DNA of 64,000 nucleotides from a virus, in the IMG/VR virus record IMGVR_UViG_3300021093_000007; one strand, written 5' to 3'. The position numbers and the translations under genes are program-made. Under the pieces are notes generated by a model that worked only from the letters and a program-made list of their open reading frames with translations, was not told where the DNA came from and ran no database searches. Position 1 is the first letter of the stretch; every line of letters starts with the position of its first letter. Shown here one piece after another: positions 10,249-21,838 of the stretch.

Positions 10249-10911
10249 ATGAATCGTTATCATAGATTTTTGAATATTGGAGATTACATTCCTAATATTG
10301 ATACTTCAAAGTATCAAACTGAGGGTATGAGATGGCCAGAATTCCATAAGCAACTTCAATTTAAAGACCTAGGTAATGATAAAATTTTACCTTGGTTAAA
10401 TAGTTTAGGATTCACATCTCATTGGATAGAATTTTTCTATACCCCACCACACGATGATGGTGTTATACATTCCGATAACGTATATTATGCTGATTGGGCA
10501 AAGTTGATATTCCAATTTGGTGCTAAAGGAAGCACTATGAGATGGTGGACATCTGACATGGTTTTGAGAGTAAGCACTAGTGCGGAACAAGTTTGCTCAA
10601 CAGTTATTCCAGAACGTAGTCAATATACTGTTGGAGATAGAACTAATGATCATTATCATGGTCAAGTTTTAGTTAGTAGAGAAGAATACTGCAAAAAAGA
10701 ATATGAAGTTGAGATAGGGTCTTGCGGATTAATTAATGTTGGACCTTTACATAGTTCTTATAATCCAACAGATGATAAAAGATTTACGGTGACTATTGCT
10801 CTAATTGATAAGAATAAAGATTACGAGCATCGTATTTTATGGGATGAGGCAGTAGAGGCATTTAAACCCTACATAGTTGATTCTTCAATAGACCTTTGCG
10901 CCGTAAAATAA
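10249..10911 (+). CDS. hypothetical protein, cupin/2OG-Fe(II)-like
   Basis: IHSD ... PLHS ... KRFTVTI resembles the HxD...H...R pattern of a double-stranded beta-helix. Confidence 0.5.
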   Translation: MNRYHRFLNIGDYIPNIDTSKYQTEGMRWPEFHKQLQFKDLGNDKILPWLNSLGFTSHWIEFFYTPPHDDGVIHSDNVYYADWAKLIFQFGAKGSTMRWWTSDMVLRVSTSAEQVCSTVIPERSQYTVGDRTNDHYHGQVLVSREEYCKKEYEVEIGSCGLINVGPLHSSYNPTDDKRFTVTIALIDKNKDYEHRILWDEAVEAFKPYIVDSSIDLCAVK

Positions 10912-12634
10912 ACACGGTATGAGGATCGTTTTTATCGAAGGATTTAAATTCAGTATCTACTTTGTATGTCGCGTTTTCACATGTTAGATAAAATGGATAT
11001 TCAGTTTTTTCATCAAAGATAAATGCACGTTGTAAAGATATAATATCTGTTGTGATTGAGTTTAATGTTTGTGTTGCCTTTTCTACAAGTTTAAAAATTT
11101 GGTCCTTATTGGTAAACATAAAGGCAAAACTTCCAGCATGTAGAGTATGCCCATGCTTGCCTTTATTTAATATTTTTCCAGTTTTCATGTAATGATTTAC
11201 TGCAGATTCAATTTCCCTATAGTGCTCCCCTATTACACCAGAATCTGATTTTATGAATTCAAATAAAGTATCATAAAATTGACGATAAGATATATTTAAA
11301 CTTTCATAATAATGTTTAGCAACTATTTGTGTATATCCAGCAATATGGAATTGAACAATTAACCACCCATACATATACGCTTGAATTAATTCATCATTTG
11401 ACATTGTATTAGTTTCCGAGATTAACTCGATAGTTTCTGTAACACCATCATAATCTCGATCATTTCCGAAAGATACATAATCTTCCGCTTTGATTGTTTT
11501 TATCCCATATACTTCTCTTGAGGTTGCACTGTTTAATTCAGTATCTCCAAACATTTGACAGAACCAGACATCAATTGATTCATGCTGACCACACTCAAGA
11601 ATTTTAGAAAATCCTTCCTTCCAAGTATCTAAAGTTTCTTCAGGCAATCCAAGAATCAATTCAGTATAAGTTTTTACCCCATACTCTTTACTTTTATCAA
11701 TTTGTTCAGATATTTTATTAATACTCATATTCTTTCTTTTAATCGCTTTAAGTGTTGGTTCATTCATAGTCTGCACACTTAAAGTTACACCTCTACTAAT
11801 ATCTCCAAGTATTTTTGCAATTTCAAAAATTACTTCAGTAGAGTTTTTAGAATATTGGATGTTTATTGCTTCAAGGTTACCCTCATCTGCTGCTTCTCTG
11901 AATATCTTTGCAATTTCCAAGTCGCGTTCTTTAAACATACCAAAGTTTGCATCAGCATTAAAAATAAATCCAACATTATTCTTTCTAGCCCAATCAATAT
12001 CATCTCTAACTCGTTGAATATCAAAGTGTCTAACTTTTGTATATGTTAATCCACCCCAGTCACAATAAGTGCATCTATGAGGACAACCTCTATTAGTTTC
12101 CATAGTCATTGCCCATAAAACACCTGGATTATCTTCAATAATTCTATCAAATACTCCAATCTGATAAGGACTTGGAAAATTTAAATCTTCAATTCTTTTT
12201 TTTGCATAGATTCTATCAATTGTTTCGCTGTTGTTTACTTTCCTTAAAAAATCTAAAAATGCTTCCTCACCCTCAGATACAATAATACAGTCGATAAAAT
12301 CATAATCATTTAATCTATGAGTTGCTTGAGGACCACCAAATTCAATAATACAATTTGGATATTTTTCTTTGATTAGTTTTGCTACATGTAAGTTATATTG
12401 TTCATTCCAAACATAACAACTAAATGCACAAATTGCAGGATTATCTAACCTATCAATTAAATCTTCTGGGTCTTCTCTTCGGAATATAAGATCTTTTAAT
12501 TCATAGGAATCTTGTATATCTTTAAATTGAGAACAATATGCCCACAAACATCCTACGCTATAAGGTAACCAATAAGTATCTTCTTTTCTAATCTCAACCG
12601 CATATTGTGGTTGAAACATATAAAGGTTTTTCAT
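10862..12634 (-). CDS. B12-binding radical SAM protein (paralog 2)
   Basis: N-terminal cobalamin-binding-type domain (FSCYVWN...GGPQ...EGEE), ETNRGCPHRCTYCDWG CxxxCxxC, DANFG, ELILGLPEET. Confidence 0.9.
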   Translation of the reverse strand: MKNLYMFQPQYAVEIRKEDTYWLPYSVGCLWAYCSQFKDIQDSYELKDLIFRREDPEDLIDRLDNPAICAFSCYVWNEQYNLHVAKLIKEKYPNCIIEFGGPQATHRLNDYDFIDCIIVSEGEEAFLDFLRKVNNSETIDRIYAKKRIEDLNFPSPYQIGVFDRIIEDNPGVLWAMTMETNRGCPHRCTYCDWGGLTYTKVRHFDIQRVRDDIDWARKNNVGFIFNADANFGMFKERDLEIAKIFREAADEGNLEAINIQYSKNSTEVIFEIAKILGDISRGVTLSVQTMNEPTLKAIKRKNMSINKISEQIDKSKEYGVKTYTELILGLPEETLDTWKEGFSKILECGQHESIDVWFCQMFGDTELNSATSREVYGIKTIKAEDYVSFGNDRDYDGVTETIELISETNTMSNDELIQAYMYGWLIVQFHIAGYTQIVAKHYYESLNISYRQFYDTLFEFIKSDSGVIGEHYREIESAVNHYMKTGKILNKGKHGHTLHAGSFAFMFTNKDQIFKLVEKATQTLNSITTDIISLQRAFIFDEKTEYPFYLTCENATYKVDTEFKSFDKNDPHTVFILRRKGLLKNQLCRV

Positions 12635-14436
12635 AATTTTACCATTGTATTTTTTGTAAGATATTTTCTTTTAATTACAAATAAATCATATCTTTCATCT
12701 TCTGTTCTTTCATTCTCTATAGAATATTGAGTATCTTTTTTCTCCCAAGTATCTAAATCAAAAGGTAATACCTCTACATGAGGATAATTTATGTTTGGAT
12801 CATACACAAATTTTCTTTGGATGTCAAAAATACTTTTTTCTATATCAAAAGTGTTACGTGCAAAATCTTCAATAAAGTCTAATATTTTATCTTTATTTTC
12901 AAATCTTGATAAAGTATCATTTGGCATACCAACACCCAGTCCATGTCCACTTGAATGATTAGAAGGGACTTTTCCAGTATCAAAATATTCAGTTATTGCT
13001 TTTAAGTATTCTCTAAATTCAGTTCCCAAAAATCCAGAGTCATTCATTGTATATTCATATAAAGATTCATAAAATTTTCTATAACTTACTCCCAATACAT
13101 ATCGACAATACTTAGATAAAATTTGTGTATATCCAACATAATGAAATTTAATTGTTATCCAAGAAAACATATGGGCATCAAAAAAGTCTTGTTTAGACAT
13201 CGTATCAGTCTCACAAATTAATTCAATGTATTCTTTTGTATTATCAAATTCATCATTACAGAACGATATGTAATCTTCTGCTTTAACAGTTTTTATACCA
13301 TAAGTCTTTCTACTAAATTCACTACCTAACTCAGCATTTTCAAATACTTGACAGAACCAAGAGTCTACAGAAAAATGTTGTCCGTTTTCCATTAATAAAT
13401 CAATTCCATCTTTCCAAGAATCCACTGTTTCTTCGGGCATTCCTAAAATTAAATCCGTATATAATTTTACATTATGTTTTTTTGCCAATTCAACATGTCC
13501 AGCAATATCTTTTACGTGAAGATTCTTTCTTTTGATCGCTTTAAGTGTTGGCATATTCATACTTTGAACACTTAAAGTGACACCTCTTCTAGAATATTCT
13601 CCCATAATCTTTGCAATTTCAAATGAGGCTTCATTTGAATTTTTTGAGTATTGTAAATCTATATTATCTAACATTAAACTATTTTCTGCTGCTTTACGTA
13701 GCATCTTTGCAATTTCAATATCACGTTCTTTAAATATTCCAAAATTTGCATCCGCACATAAAACATAAGCAACTTTATGTGTTCTTATCCATTCAATATC
13801 TTCAGCAATTCTTTCCAATTCAAATTTATTAATTTTACTCATAGTTGTACCACCCCAGTCACAAAAAGTACATCTATGTGGACAACCCCTGTTGGTTTCT
13901 AAAATTGCTGCCCAAATAACATCTGGATTTTTTTTAGATAACCAATCAAAAACTCCAGATTGGTAAGGACTTTTAAAATCTAAAGAATCTATTCTTTTTC
14001 TTTCATGGACTTTGTTGATTGAATTACCAGTATTAATGCTTCTCAATAATTCTAAAAATGCTTCTTCACCTTCACCAAGGATAACACAATCAATGAATGG
14101 ATTTTTTTCCATCATTTTTGTAGTTACTTGAGGACCACCAAATTCAATAATGCAGTTTGGGTATTTTTCTTTTATCAATTTAGCTAAGTATAAATTATAC
14201 TGCTCATTCCATAGATAACAACTAAATGCACAAATTGTAGGATTATCTATTTTTTCTAGTAACTGTTCTGGATTTTCTCTTCTAAAAATAATATCTTTTA
14301 ATTCAAATGATTCTTCTATATCTTTAAACTGTTTACAATAACTCCATAAACAAGAAACACTATAAGGCATCCAATAATTTTTAGTGTCCCTTACATTAAC
14401 GCTATATTGTGGTTGAATGAAGTATATATTTTTCAT
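12631..14436 (-). CDS. B12-binding radical SAM protein (paralog 1)
   Basis: Same architecture; ETNRGCPHRCTFCDWG; 4-bp overlap with its neighbour. Confidence 0.9.
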   Translation of the reverse strand: MKNIYFIQPQYSVNVRDTKNYWMPYSVSCLWSYCKQFKDIEESFELKDIIFRRENPEQLLEKIDNPTICAFSCYLWNEQYNLYLAKLIKEKYPNCIIEFGGPQVTTKMMEKNPFIDCVILGEGEEAFLELLRSINTGNSINKVHERKRIDSLDFKSPYQSGVFDWLSKKNPDVIWAAILETNRGCPHRCTFCDWGGTTMSKINKFELERIAEDIEWIRTHKVAYVLCADANFGIFKERDIEIAKMLRKAAENSLMLDNIDLQYSKNSNEASFEIAKIMGEYSRRGVTLSVQSMNMPTLKAIKRKNLHVKDIAGHVELAKKHNVKLYTDLILGMPEETVDSWKDGIDLLMENGQHFSVDSWFCQVFENAELGSEFSRKTYGIKTVKAEDYISFCNDEFDNTKEYIELICETDTMSKQDFFDAHMFSWITIKFHYVGYTQILSKYCRYVLGVSYRKFYESLYEYTMNDSGFLGTEFREYLKAITEYFDTGKVPSNHSSGHGLGVGMPNDTLSRFENKDKILDFIEDFARNTFDIEKSIFDIQRKFVYDPNINYPHVEVLPFDLDTWEKKDTQYSIENERTEDERYDLFVIKRKYLTKNTMVKL

Positions 14437-15341
14437 AACGTAGATATAAATTTATTATGTTGTTCAATTCCTCTTTTATAAAAATATTTATCGTCCCATC
14501 GTTTAATATCTCGTTCCATTAGATTATCATTTAATTTTCCAAAATTAAAAAAATCATTCAAGCTAAAATTATCTTTATCGTTTTCCCACCATTCTTTATA
14601 TGCTTCATAGCAACAAATAAAAGATTTCATTGGATACCATTCTGTAATGTGAGTTGAACCTTTGAAAAAAGGATTACACGGAATCAATGGTATTGTATAA
14701 GTATTCCCAGTTTGACATAAAAAATAATCTGGAGTTCCTGCAAGATCATTAAAAAAATAACCATCACCTATTCCAGATTCTCTATTAATATAAATTGAGT
14801 TTGCCACAACTCCAGTAAATTTATATTTACCATCAACATAAAAAAGTTCTAAAAGTTTTTCAACATGAGTTCTTTTTAATAATACTGGACCAAGAGAATA
14901 ATTACTCTGAACTGGATGTAAATAAAATCTAACTATGTCTGGACATTCATGCCCCAATTGTATAGCATCCCAATCATAAGGAAGATATGTTAGTAAATTG
15001 TCCCAAGTAAAGTGCCAGTAATCGATAAAACTTAAATCATAATCATCTTCCATTACTATGACATAAGGTTCATTTGTTTCAAAATACCAATTTTTTAAAG
15101 TATCAATTAAAAAATAATTATACGCCAAACATCTTTTAGATGCTAATTCAGAGTGAACATTTAATATTTTTTCCTCTAAGTTCTTTGGAAATCCAAATGG
15201 CATCAAAATTTTTGTAAAGGTGATTCCATAAAACTTAAATTGATTTTCCATGTATTTTTGTCTTTTTACTTCATTTTCCAAAGTAAAATAAAATACATGA
15301 GGAAAGTTTTTTAATTTATCACATCCCATAATCAAATACAT
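14433..15341 (-). CDS. glycosyltransferase family 25-like protein
   Basis: VFYFTL...RQKYMENQF, VMEDDYDL, LPYDWDAIQL; same family as the five genes at 46713-51017. Confidence 0.75.
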   Translation of the reverse strand: MYLIMGCDKLKNFPHVFYFTLENEVKRQKYMENQFKFYGITFTKILMPFGFPKNLEEKILNVHSELASKRCLAYNYFLIDTLKNWYFETNEPYVIVMEDDYDLSFIDYWHFTWDNLLTYLPYDWDAIQLGHECPDIVRFYLHPVQSNYSLGPVLLKRTHVEKLLELFYVDGKYKFTGVVANSIYINRESGIGDGYFFNDLAGTPDYFLCQTGNTYTIPLIPCNPFFKGSTHITEWYPMKSFICCYEAYKEWWENDKDNFSLNDFFNFGKLNDNLMERDIKRWDDKYFYKRGIEQHNKFISTL

Positions 15342-15353
15342 TTTACTCGTTCT

Positions 15354-15370
15354 GTATTTATTCTAAATAC
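15354..15370. promoter_or_regulatory. back-to-back divergent late promoters (GTATTTA-TTC-TAAATAC)
   Basis: TATTTA 15355-15360 (TAAATA on minus strand, upstream of the GT/radical SAM operon) and TAAATA 15364-15369 on plus strand; perfect 7-bp inverted repeat. Confidence 0.7.
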
Positions 15371-15393
15371 TAGAGTAATTCATGAGAATAACA

Positions 15394-15552
15394 ATGGAAG
15401 AACTTCTAGATATGATTGTTGGTGATGAAGCACCATCTGCAATCTCTGATAAGATTAAAGACTTACTGTATACTCGCTCAGCTGAAAAAATTGAAGTGTT
15501 GAGACCTTCAGTATCAAATTCAATGTTTAATGCTGCTACAGATGCAGAATAA
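15394..15552 (+). CDS. small conserved head-module hypothetical protein (52 aa, not in ORF track)
   Basis: MEELLDMIVGDEAPSAISDKIKDLLYTRSAEKIEVLRPSVSNSMF...; resembles the small gene that usually follows gp20 in cyanomyoviruses. Confidence 0.75.
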   Translation: MEELLDMIVGDEAPSAISDKIKDLLYTRSAEKIEVLRPSVSNSMFNAATDAE

Positions 15553-15592
15553 TAAAGAACAATAAATAACTAAATAAAAAGTTTCTTTATTA

Positions 15593-15859
15593 ATGATGAT
15601 TACTAAAATTGTATCTACACAACAAGATACTGCAATTACTGCTGGAACAGCATCAAGTATTAGTGATGCCACAGCTGTTCGTTTGTATAACAATACTGTA
15701 GGAGTAGTCACTGTAGGAGTAAGTTCTGCAGTTGGTGCTGCATCTACTAGTTATTTTGCAATGCCTGCAGGGTCTGTTGAATTTTTGGCAAAACTTCCAA
15801 CTGATGTTATTTGGTCATCATCAGCAATTAGAGCAAACAAAGTAGCATTCACAAACTAA
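15593..15859 (+). CDS. small conserved hypothetical protein upstream of gp21
   Basis: 88 aa, ATAVRLYN...VEFLAK...KVAFTN; tandem TAAATA motifs upstream. Confidence 0.75.
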   Translation: MMITKIVSTQQDTAITAGTASSISDATAVRLYNNTVGVVTVGVSSAVGAASTSYFAMPAGSVEFLAKLPTDVIWSSSAIRANKVAFTN

Positions 15860-15860
15860 A

Positions 15861-16514
15861 ATGAAACTCATCAGAGAAGAGATCGAAAAGGTTGAAGTTA
15901 TCACCGAGAGCATTGGTGGTAAAAAGCAAATGTATATCCAAGGAGTCTTTCTCCAAAGTGAGATGGTTAATCGCAATGGTAGAATGTATCCATTCTCCAT
16001 TATGGAAAGAGAAGTAAAAAGATATACAAATGATTATGTAAAAAAAGGTAGAGCATTAGGTGAACTCGGACACCCTGATGGTCCCACTGTAAATCTCGAC
16101 AGAGTATCCCATAAAATTACTGAACTAAAGCAAGACGGTAATAACTTCGTAGGTAAAGCACAAATTCTGCATACTCCAATGGGTAAAATTGCAGAAGCAC
16201 TTCTTAAAGATGGAGTAACTCTCGGCGTTTCTTCTCGTGGTATTGGATCATTAAGAGAAAATATCAAAGGTGGTTATAAGGAAGTTGGTGAAGACTTCAT
16301 GCTTGCAACTGCAGCAGATATTGTTGCAGATCCATCAGCACCTGATGCTTTTGTTCAGGGAATTATGGAAGGAAAAGAGTGGGTGTGGGATGGTGGAATT
16401 CTCCGTGAGAAGATTGCAAATCAAACCAGACAAAGAATTGAAGATCTTTCTAGAAGAAGAGAACTAGAAGAGCACAAGTTGAATTTATTTAATGACTTTT
16501 TAAATTCACTTTGA
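15861..16514 (+). CDS. gp21: prohead protease gp21
   Basis: NRNGRMYP, ALGELGHP, LGVSSRGIGSL, DIVADPSAPDAFV. Confidence 0.97.
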   Translation: MKLIREEIEKVEVITESIGGKKQMYIQGVFLQSEMVNRNGRMYPFSIMEREVKRYTNDYVKKGRALGELGHPDGPTVNLDRVSHKITELKQDGNNFVGKAQILHTPMGKIAEALLKDGVTLGVSSRGIGSLRENIKGGYKEVGEDFMLATAADIVADPSAPDAFVQGIMEGKEWVWDGGILREKIANQTRQRIEDLSRRRELEEHKLNLFNDFLNSL

Positions 16515-16588
16515 CCATATATAGGTAAAAATTCTAATTTAATAAATAAATATAGATTAAATTCATTAAGGTTAATCGGAGAGTCCAA

Positions 16589-17848
<1,260 letters not shown>

Positions 17849-17897
17849 ATTTAATATAATTCAAACAAAACCAAACACGTTACAAAGGTAAAAGCAA

Positions 17898-19307
17898 ATG
17901 TTCCAATCCGAGCATCTGCAGGAAAAGTGGGCACCACTTCTCGACTATGATGGTCTTGATCCAATCAAAGATTCACACAGAAGAGCAGTAACCGCTGTCC
18001 TGTTAGAAAACCAAGAAAAATTCCTGAGAGAGCAATCTGCTTTCTCAAACGGAATTCTGATGGAATCACCAACCAATAGCGCAAACGCTGCTGGTGCTTC
18101 AGGTGGATTCTCAGGTTCCGCTGCAGCAGCAGGTCCTGTTGCAGGTTTTGATCCAGTTCTGATCTCACTCATCAGACGTGCAATGCCTAACCTGGTCGCT
18201 TATGACCTCGCAGGTGTTCAACCAATGAGTGGTCCTACTGGACTCATCTTCGCAATGCGTTCACGCTACACCAATCAGAGCGGCACCGAAGCTCTGTTTG
18301 ATGAAGCAGATACCGTATTCTCTGGTCAGAATTCAGGTATCGGTCTTACCGCTGCATCAAACGTTAATGCTGGTATGGGTACTACTACCCAGTATGGCAG
18401 CAACCCAGGTCTCCTGAACCCAGTTGGTACTGGTGCTTCAACTGGTTCTGGTGGTTATAACGTTGGTCAGGGTATGTTTACTGGAGATTCAGAGAATCTC
18501 GGTAACGGTGCTGGCAACCAATTCAACGAGATGGCATTCTCAATCGAGAAGGTTCTTGTTGAAGCCAAGTCAAGAGCACTGAAGGCAGAATACAGCCTTG
18601 AGCTTGCACAAGACCTGAAGGCAATTCACGGTCTGAATGCAGAAGCAGAACTTGCTAACATTCTCTCAACTGAGATCCTCGCTGAAATCAACAGAGAAGT
18701 TATCAGAACCATCTATAAGGTTGCTGAGCAAGGCGCTGCTGCTAACACTGCTACCGCTGGTATCTTCGACCTCGACATCGACTCCAACGGTCGTTGGTCA
18801 GTTGAGAAGTTCAAAGGTCTCCTGTTCCAAATCGAGCGCGACGCTAACGCAATCGCACAAAGAACTCGTAGAGGAAAGGGCAACGTTGTAATGTGTTCCG
18901 CAGACGTTGCTTCTGCACTGAGCATGGCTGGTGTACTTGATTACACTCCTGCTCTGAACGCAAACCTCAACGTTGATGACACTGGCAATACCTTCGCTGG
19001 TGTTCTGCTTGGTAAGTATCGCGTATATATCGATCCTTATTCAGCAAACGTATCTGCTAACCAATACTATGTTGTTGGTTATAAGGGTTCTTCACCTTAT
19101 GACGCAGGTCTGTTCTATTGCCCATATGTTCCTCTCCAAATGGTTCGTGCCGTTGGTGAGAACACCTTCCAGCCTAAGATTGGCTTTAAGACCAGATACG
19201 GTCTTGTTGCTAACCCATTCGCTGAAGGCACCACTCAGGGTCTCGGCAGACTTCAAGTTAACGCAAACCGTTACTACAGAAGAGTTCAAATCAAGAACCT
19301 CATGTGA
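17898..19307 (+). CDS. gp23: major capsid protein gp23
   Basis: FDPVLISLIRRAMPNL, VQPMSGPTGLIFAMR, ELAQDLKAIHGL, FQPKIGFKTRYG. Confidence 0.99.
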   Translation: MFQSEHLQEKWAPLLDYDGLDPIKDSHRRAVTAVLLENQEKFLREQSAFSNGILMESPTNSANAAGASGGFSGSAAAAGPVAGFDPVLISLIRRAMPNLVAYDLAGVQPMSGPTGLIFAMRSRYTNQSGTEALFDEADTVFSGQNSGIGLTAASNVNAGMGTTTQYGSNPGLLNPVGTGASTGSGGYNVGQGMFTGDSENLGNGAGNQFNEMAFSIEKVLVEAKSRALKAEYSLELAQDLKAIHGLNAEAELANILSTEILAEINREVIRTIYKVAEQGAAANTATAGIFDLDIDSNGRWSVEKFKGLLFQIERDANAIAQRTRRGKGNVVMCSADVASALSMAGVLDYTPALNANLNVDDTGNTFAGVLLGKYRVYIDPYSANVSANQYYVVGYKGSSPYDAGLFYCPYVPLQMVRAVGENTFQPKIGFKTRYGLVANPFAEGTTQGLGRLQVNANRYYRRVQIKNLM

Positions 19308-19326
19308 GTCTGGTCACAACTTAATC

Positions 19327-19353
19327 AAGAGACCCGAAAGGGTCTCTTTTTTT
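19327..19353 (+). terminator. rho-independent terminator after gp23
   Basis: AAGAGACCC-GAAA-GGGTCTCTT followed by T run; TAAATA 19357-19362 restarts late transcription. Confidence 0.92.
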
Positions 19354-19373
19354 ATCTAAATAGTTAAAAAACG

Positions 19374-19937
19374 ATGGCAACTGGTAATCTTTATAGTAGT
19401 CAAATCCAAAATAGAAATTTTTTATCCTCTATTGGATTTAAATTTACTTTGAATAGAGCGCGTAAAGTATCGTTCTTTTCAAACTCAGCTAACATACCAG
19501 GAATGACTTTAGGTGTTGCGGAGCAACCAACTTACCTAAAAAACATTGATATTCCAGGTGACAAAATTGTATTCCAAGATTTTACTCTGCGATTTATTGT
19601 AGATGAAAATCTAGAGAACTACATGGAAATTCAAAGATGGATGCGCGGTCTTGGATTCCCAGAATCACTGGATGAAATTTACAATTTACAAAGAGAAGAT
19701 AATACTCAATTGGGATTTGATAGCAAATCCATGAACATCTATTCTGATGGAACTTTACAGATTTTAAACAGCAATCAAAGACCACAGTTTGATGTCATTT
19801 TTAAAGACATGTTTCCATACGACTTGTCAGAATTAACTTTTGATGCTACCAACCCAGACGTAGAATACTTTACTGCAGAGGTATCTTTCAAGTATACTAT
19901 TTACGATATATATGATCCAAAAGGAAATAAATTATGA
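19374..19937 (+). CDS. gp3: tail completion / tube terminator gp3
   Basis: NRNFLSSIGFKF, RFIVDENLENYMEI, YFTAEVSFKYTIY. Confidence 0.9.
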   Translation: MATGNLYSSQIQNRNFLSSIGFKFTLNRARKVSFFSNSANIPGMTLGVAEQPTYLKNIDIPGDKIVFQDFTLRFIVDENLENYMEIQRWMRGLGFPESLDEIYNLQREDNTQLGFDSKSMNIYSDGTLQILNSNQRPQFDVIFKDMFPYDLSELTFDATNPDVEYFTAEVSFKYTIYDIYDPKGNKL

Positions 19938-20371
19938 TTCTTGACCTTGAACAAATCCAACAAATGTGGGAAAAAGATGCTCACATTGACATGGATAATC
20001 TACATACTGAATCAACTAACATCCCCCTTTTACATGCTAAATACTTTGAGATTTACAACAATGTAATTCTTCTTAAAAAGAAAGCAGAACAACAAAGAAA
20101 GAATATTCGTCACGAACGTTATGAATATTTTACAGGTAAAGCAGATCCTGAAGTATACGTAGAAGATCCATTCCCTAAAAAAATTAGAGATAAAGATACT
20201 TTACAAAAATACTTAGATGCAGATCAAAAGTTGTCTCAAATTAATTTAAAGGTTGAGTATTACGAAACAATTTTAAACTATCTAGAAAGTATTCTAAAGG
20301 TAATTCAAAATAGAACTTACCAAATAAAGAATGCTATTGAATTCTTAAAATTCCAAGCAGGATATGGTTGA
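19934..20371 (+). CDS. uvsY: recombination mediator UvsY
   Basis: IPLLHAKY, YFTGKADP, NRTYQIKNAIE. Confidence 0.92.
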   Translation: MILDLEQIQQMWEKDAHIDMDNLHTESTNIPLLHAKYFEIYNNVILLKKKAEQQRKNIRHERYEYFTGKADPEVYVEDPFPKKIRDKDTLQKYLDADQKLSQINLKVEYYETILNYLESILKVIQNRTYQIKNAIEFLKFQAGYG

Positions 20372-21836
20372 TAACTTTGATCTTTTGATTCAGAAATCAA
20401 ACGAAGTATATTTAAAGATTACATGTGAACCTCACATAGAATATGAACTAAGAGATTATTTTAAGTTTGAGGTTCCAAACGCAAAATTTATGCCTCAATA
20501 TAGAGGTAGAAATTGGAATGGAGAAATTCATTTATTTGATCTAAGGACCAAACAACTCTACGTAGGTTTGTTAGATAAATTAATTTCTTTTTGTAGTAAC
20601 TATAATTACAACTATAAATTTGAAGAAAATAAATTTTATGGAATGCCCTTTGAGGTTAACGATGGCATTTCATATGAAGGTGTTAAAGATTATATGAAGT
20701 CTATTTGTTTTCATGTTCCGAGAGATTATCAAATAGAGGGAGTATACGATGCATTAAAACATAATAGAAAGTTATTGATAAGTCCCACTGCATCTGGCAA
20801 ATCTTTGATGATTTATTCTCTCGTAAGATATTATGTGGAGAAAGGGCAAAAAATTCTTGTAGTTGTTCCAACGACATCTCTTGTAGAGCAGATGTATAAG
20901 GACTTCCAAGATTATGGTTTTGATTCGGAATCATATTGTCACAAAATATATTCTGGTAGAGAAAAAACATCAGAGTATCCAGTAACTATTACAACCTGGC
21001 AATCAATATACAAACTTGATAGAAGTTTTTTTGAAAACTATGGTGTAGTTATTGGAGATGAAGCTCATCTATTTAAATCTAAATCATTGATACAAATCAT
21101 GACAAAGTTACATCATGCTAAGTATAGATTTGGATTTACTGGAACCTTAGATGGAACACAAACCCATAAATGGGTTCTTGAAGGATTGTTTGGTCCATCA
21201 TATAAAATTATAAGAACATCAGAATTGATGGAGAAAGGTCATGTATCAAAACTAGACATTAGATGTTTAGTATTAAAACATAAACCAAGAATATTTGCAA
21301 CCTATGAAGATGAAGTTCAATTTATAATTTCTCATGATAAGAGGAATAACTTCATTAAAAATTTATCCCTCGATTTAAAAGGTAATACTTTAATTTTATT
21401 CTCAAGAGTTGAGACTCATGGTAAACCATTATATGAATTAATAAACACTGCTAAAAAAACAAATAGAAAAGTATTTTTTATTCATGGTGGAGTTGATACT
21501 GAAGAAAGAGAAATTGTTAGGGAGATTACAGAAAGAGAAAAAGATGCAATCATCATTGCTTCATACGGTGTATTTTCTACTGGAATAAATATAAGAAACC
21601 TACACAATGTAATTTTTGCTTCTCCTAGTAAATCAAGAATTCGTAATCTACAATCCATCGGAAGAGTTCTTAGGAAAGGCAAAAATAAAACTAAAGCAAT
21701 GTTATATGACATATCTGATGATTGTACATATAATTCAAGAAAGAATTACACTTTAAATCATTTAATAGAAAGAATTAAAATCTACAATGAAGAACAGTTT
21801 AATTATGAAATAATAACAATTAATTTAAAGGAATAA
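20364..21836 (+). CDS. uvsW: RNA-DNA/DNA-DNA helicase UvsW
   Basis: SPTASGKS, GDEAH, GFTGT, QSIGRVLR. Confidence 0.96.
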   Translation: MVDNFDLLIQKSNEVYLKITCEPHIEYELRDYFKFEVPNAKFMPQYRGRNWNGEIHLFDLRTKQLYVGLLDKLISFCSNYNYNYKFEENKFYGMPFEVNDGISYEGVKDYMKSICFHVPRDYQIEGVYDALKHNRKLLISPTASGKSLMIYSLVRYYVEKGQKILVVVPTTSLVEQMYKDFQDYGFDSESYCHKIYSGREKTSEYPVTITTWQSIYKLDRSFFENYGVVIGDEAHLFKSKSLIQIMTKLHHAKYRFGFTGTLDGTQTHKWVLEGLFGPSYKIIRTSELMEKGHVSKLDIRCLVLKHKPRIFATYEDEVQFIISHDKRNNFIKNLSLDLKGNTLILFSRVETHGKPLYELINTAKKTNRKVFFIHGGVDTEEREIVREITEREKDAIIIASYGVFSTGINIRNLHNVIFASPSKSRIRNLQSIGRVLRKGKNKTKAMLYDISDDCTYNSRKNYTLNHLIERIKIYNEEQFNYEIITINLKE

Positions 21837-21838
21837 TT

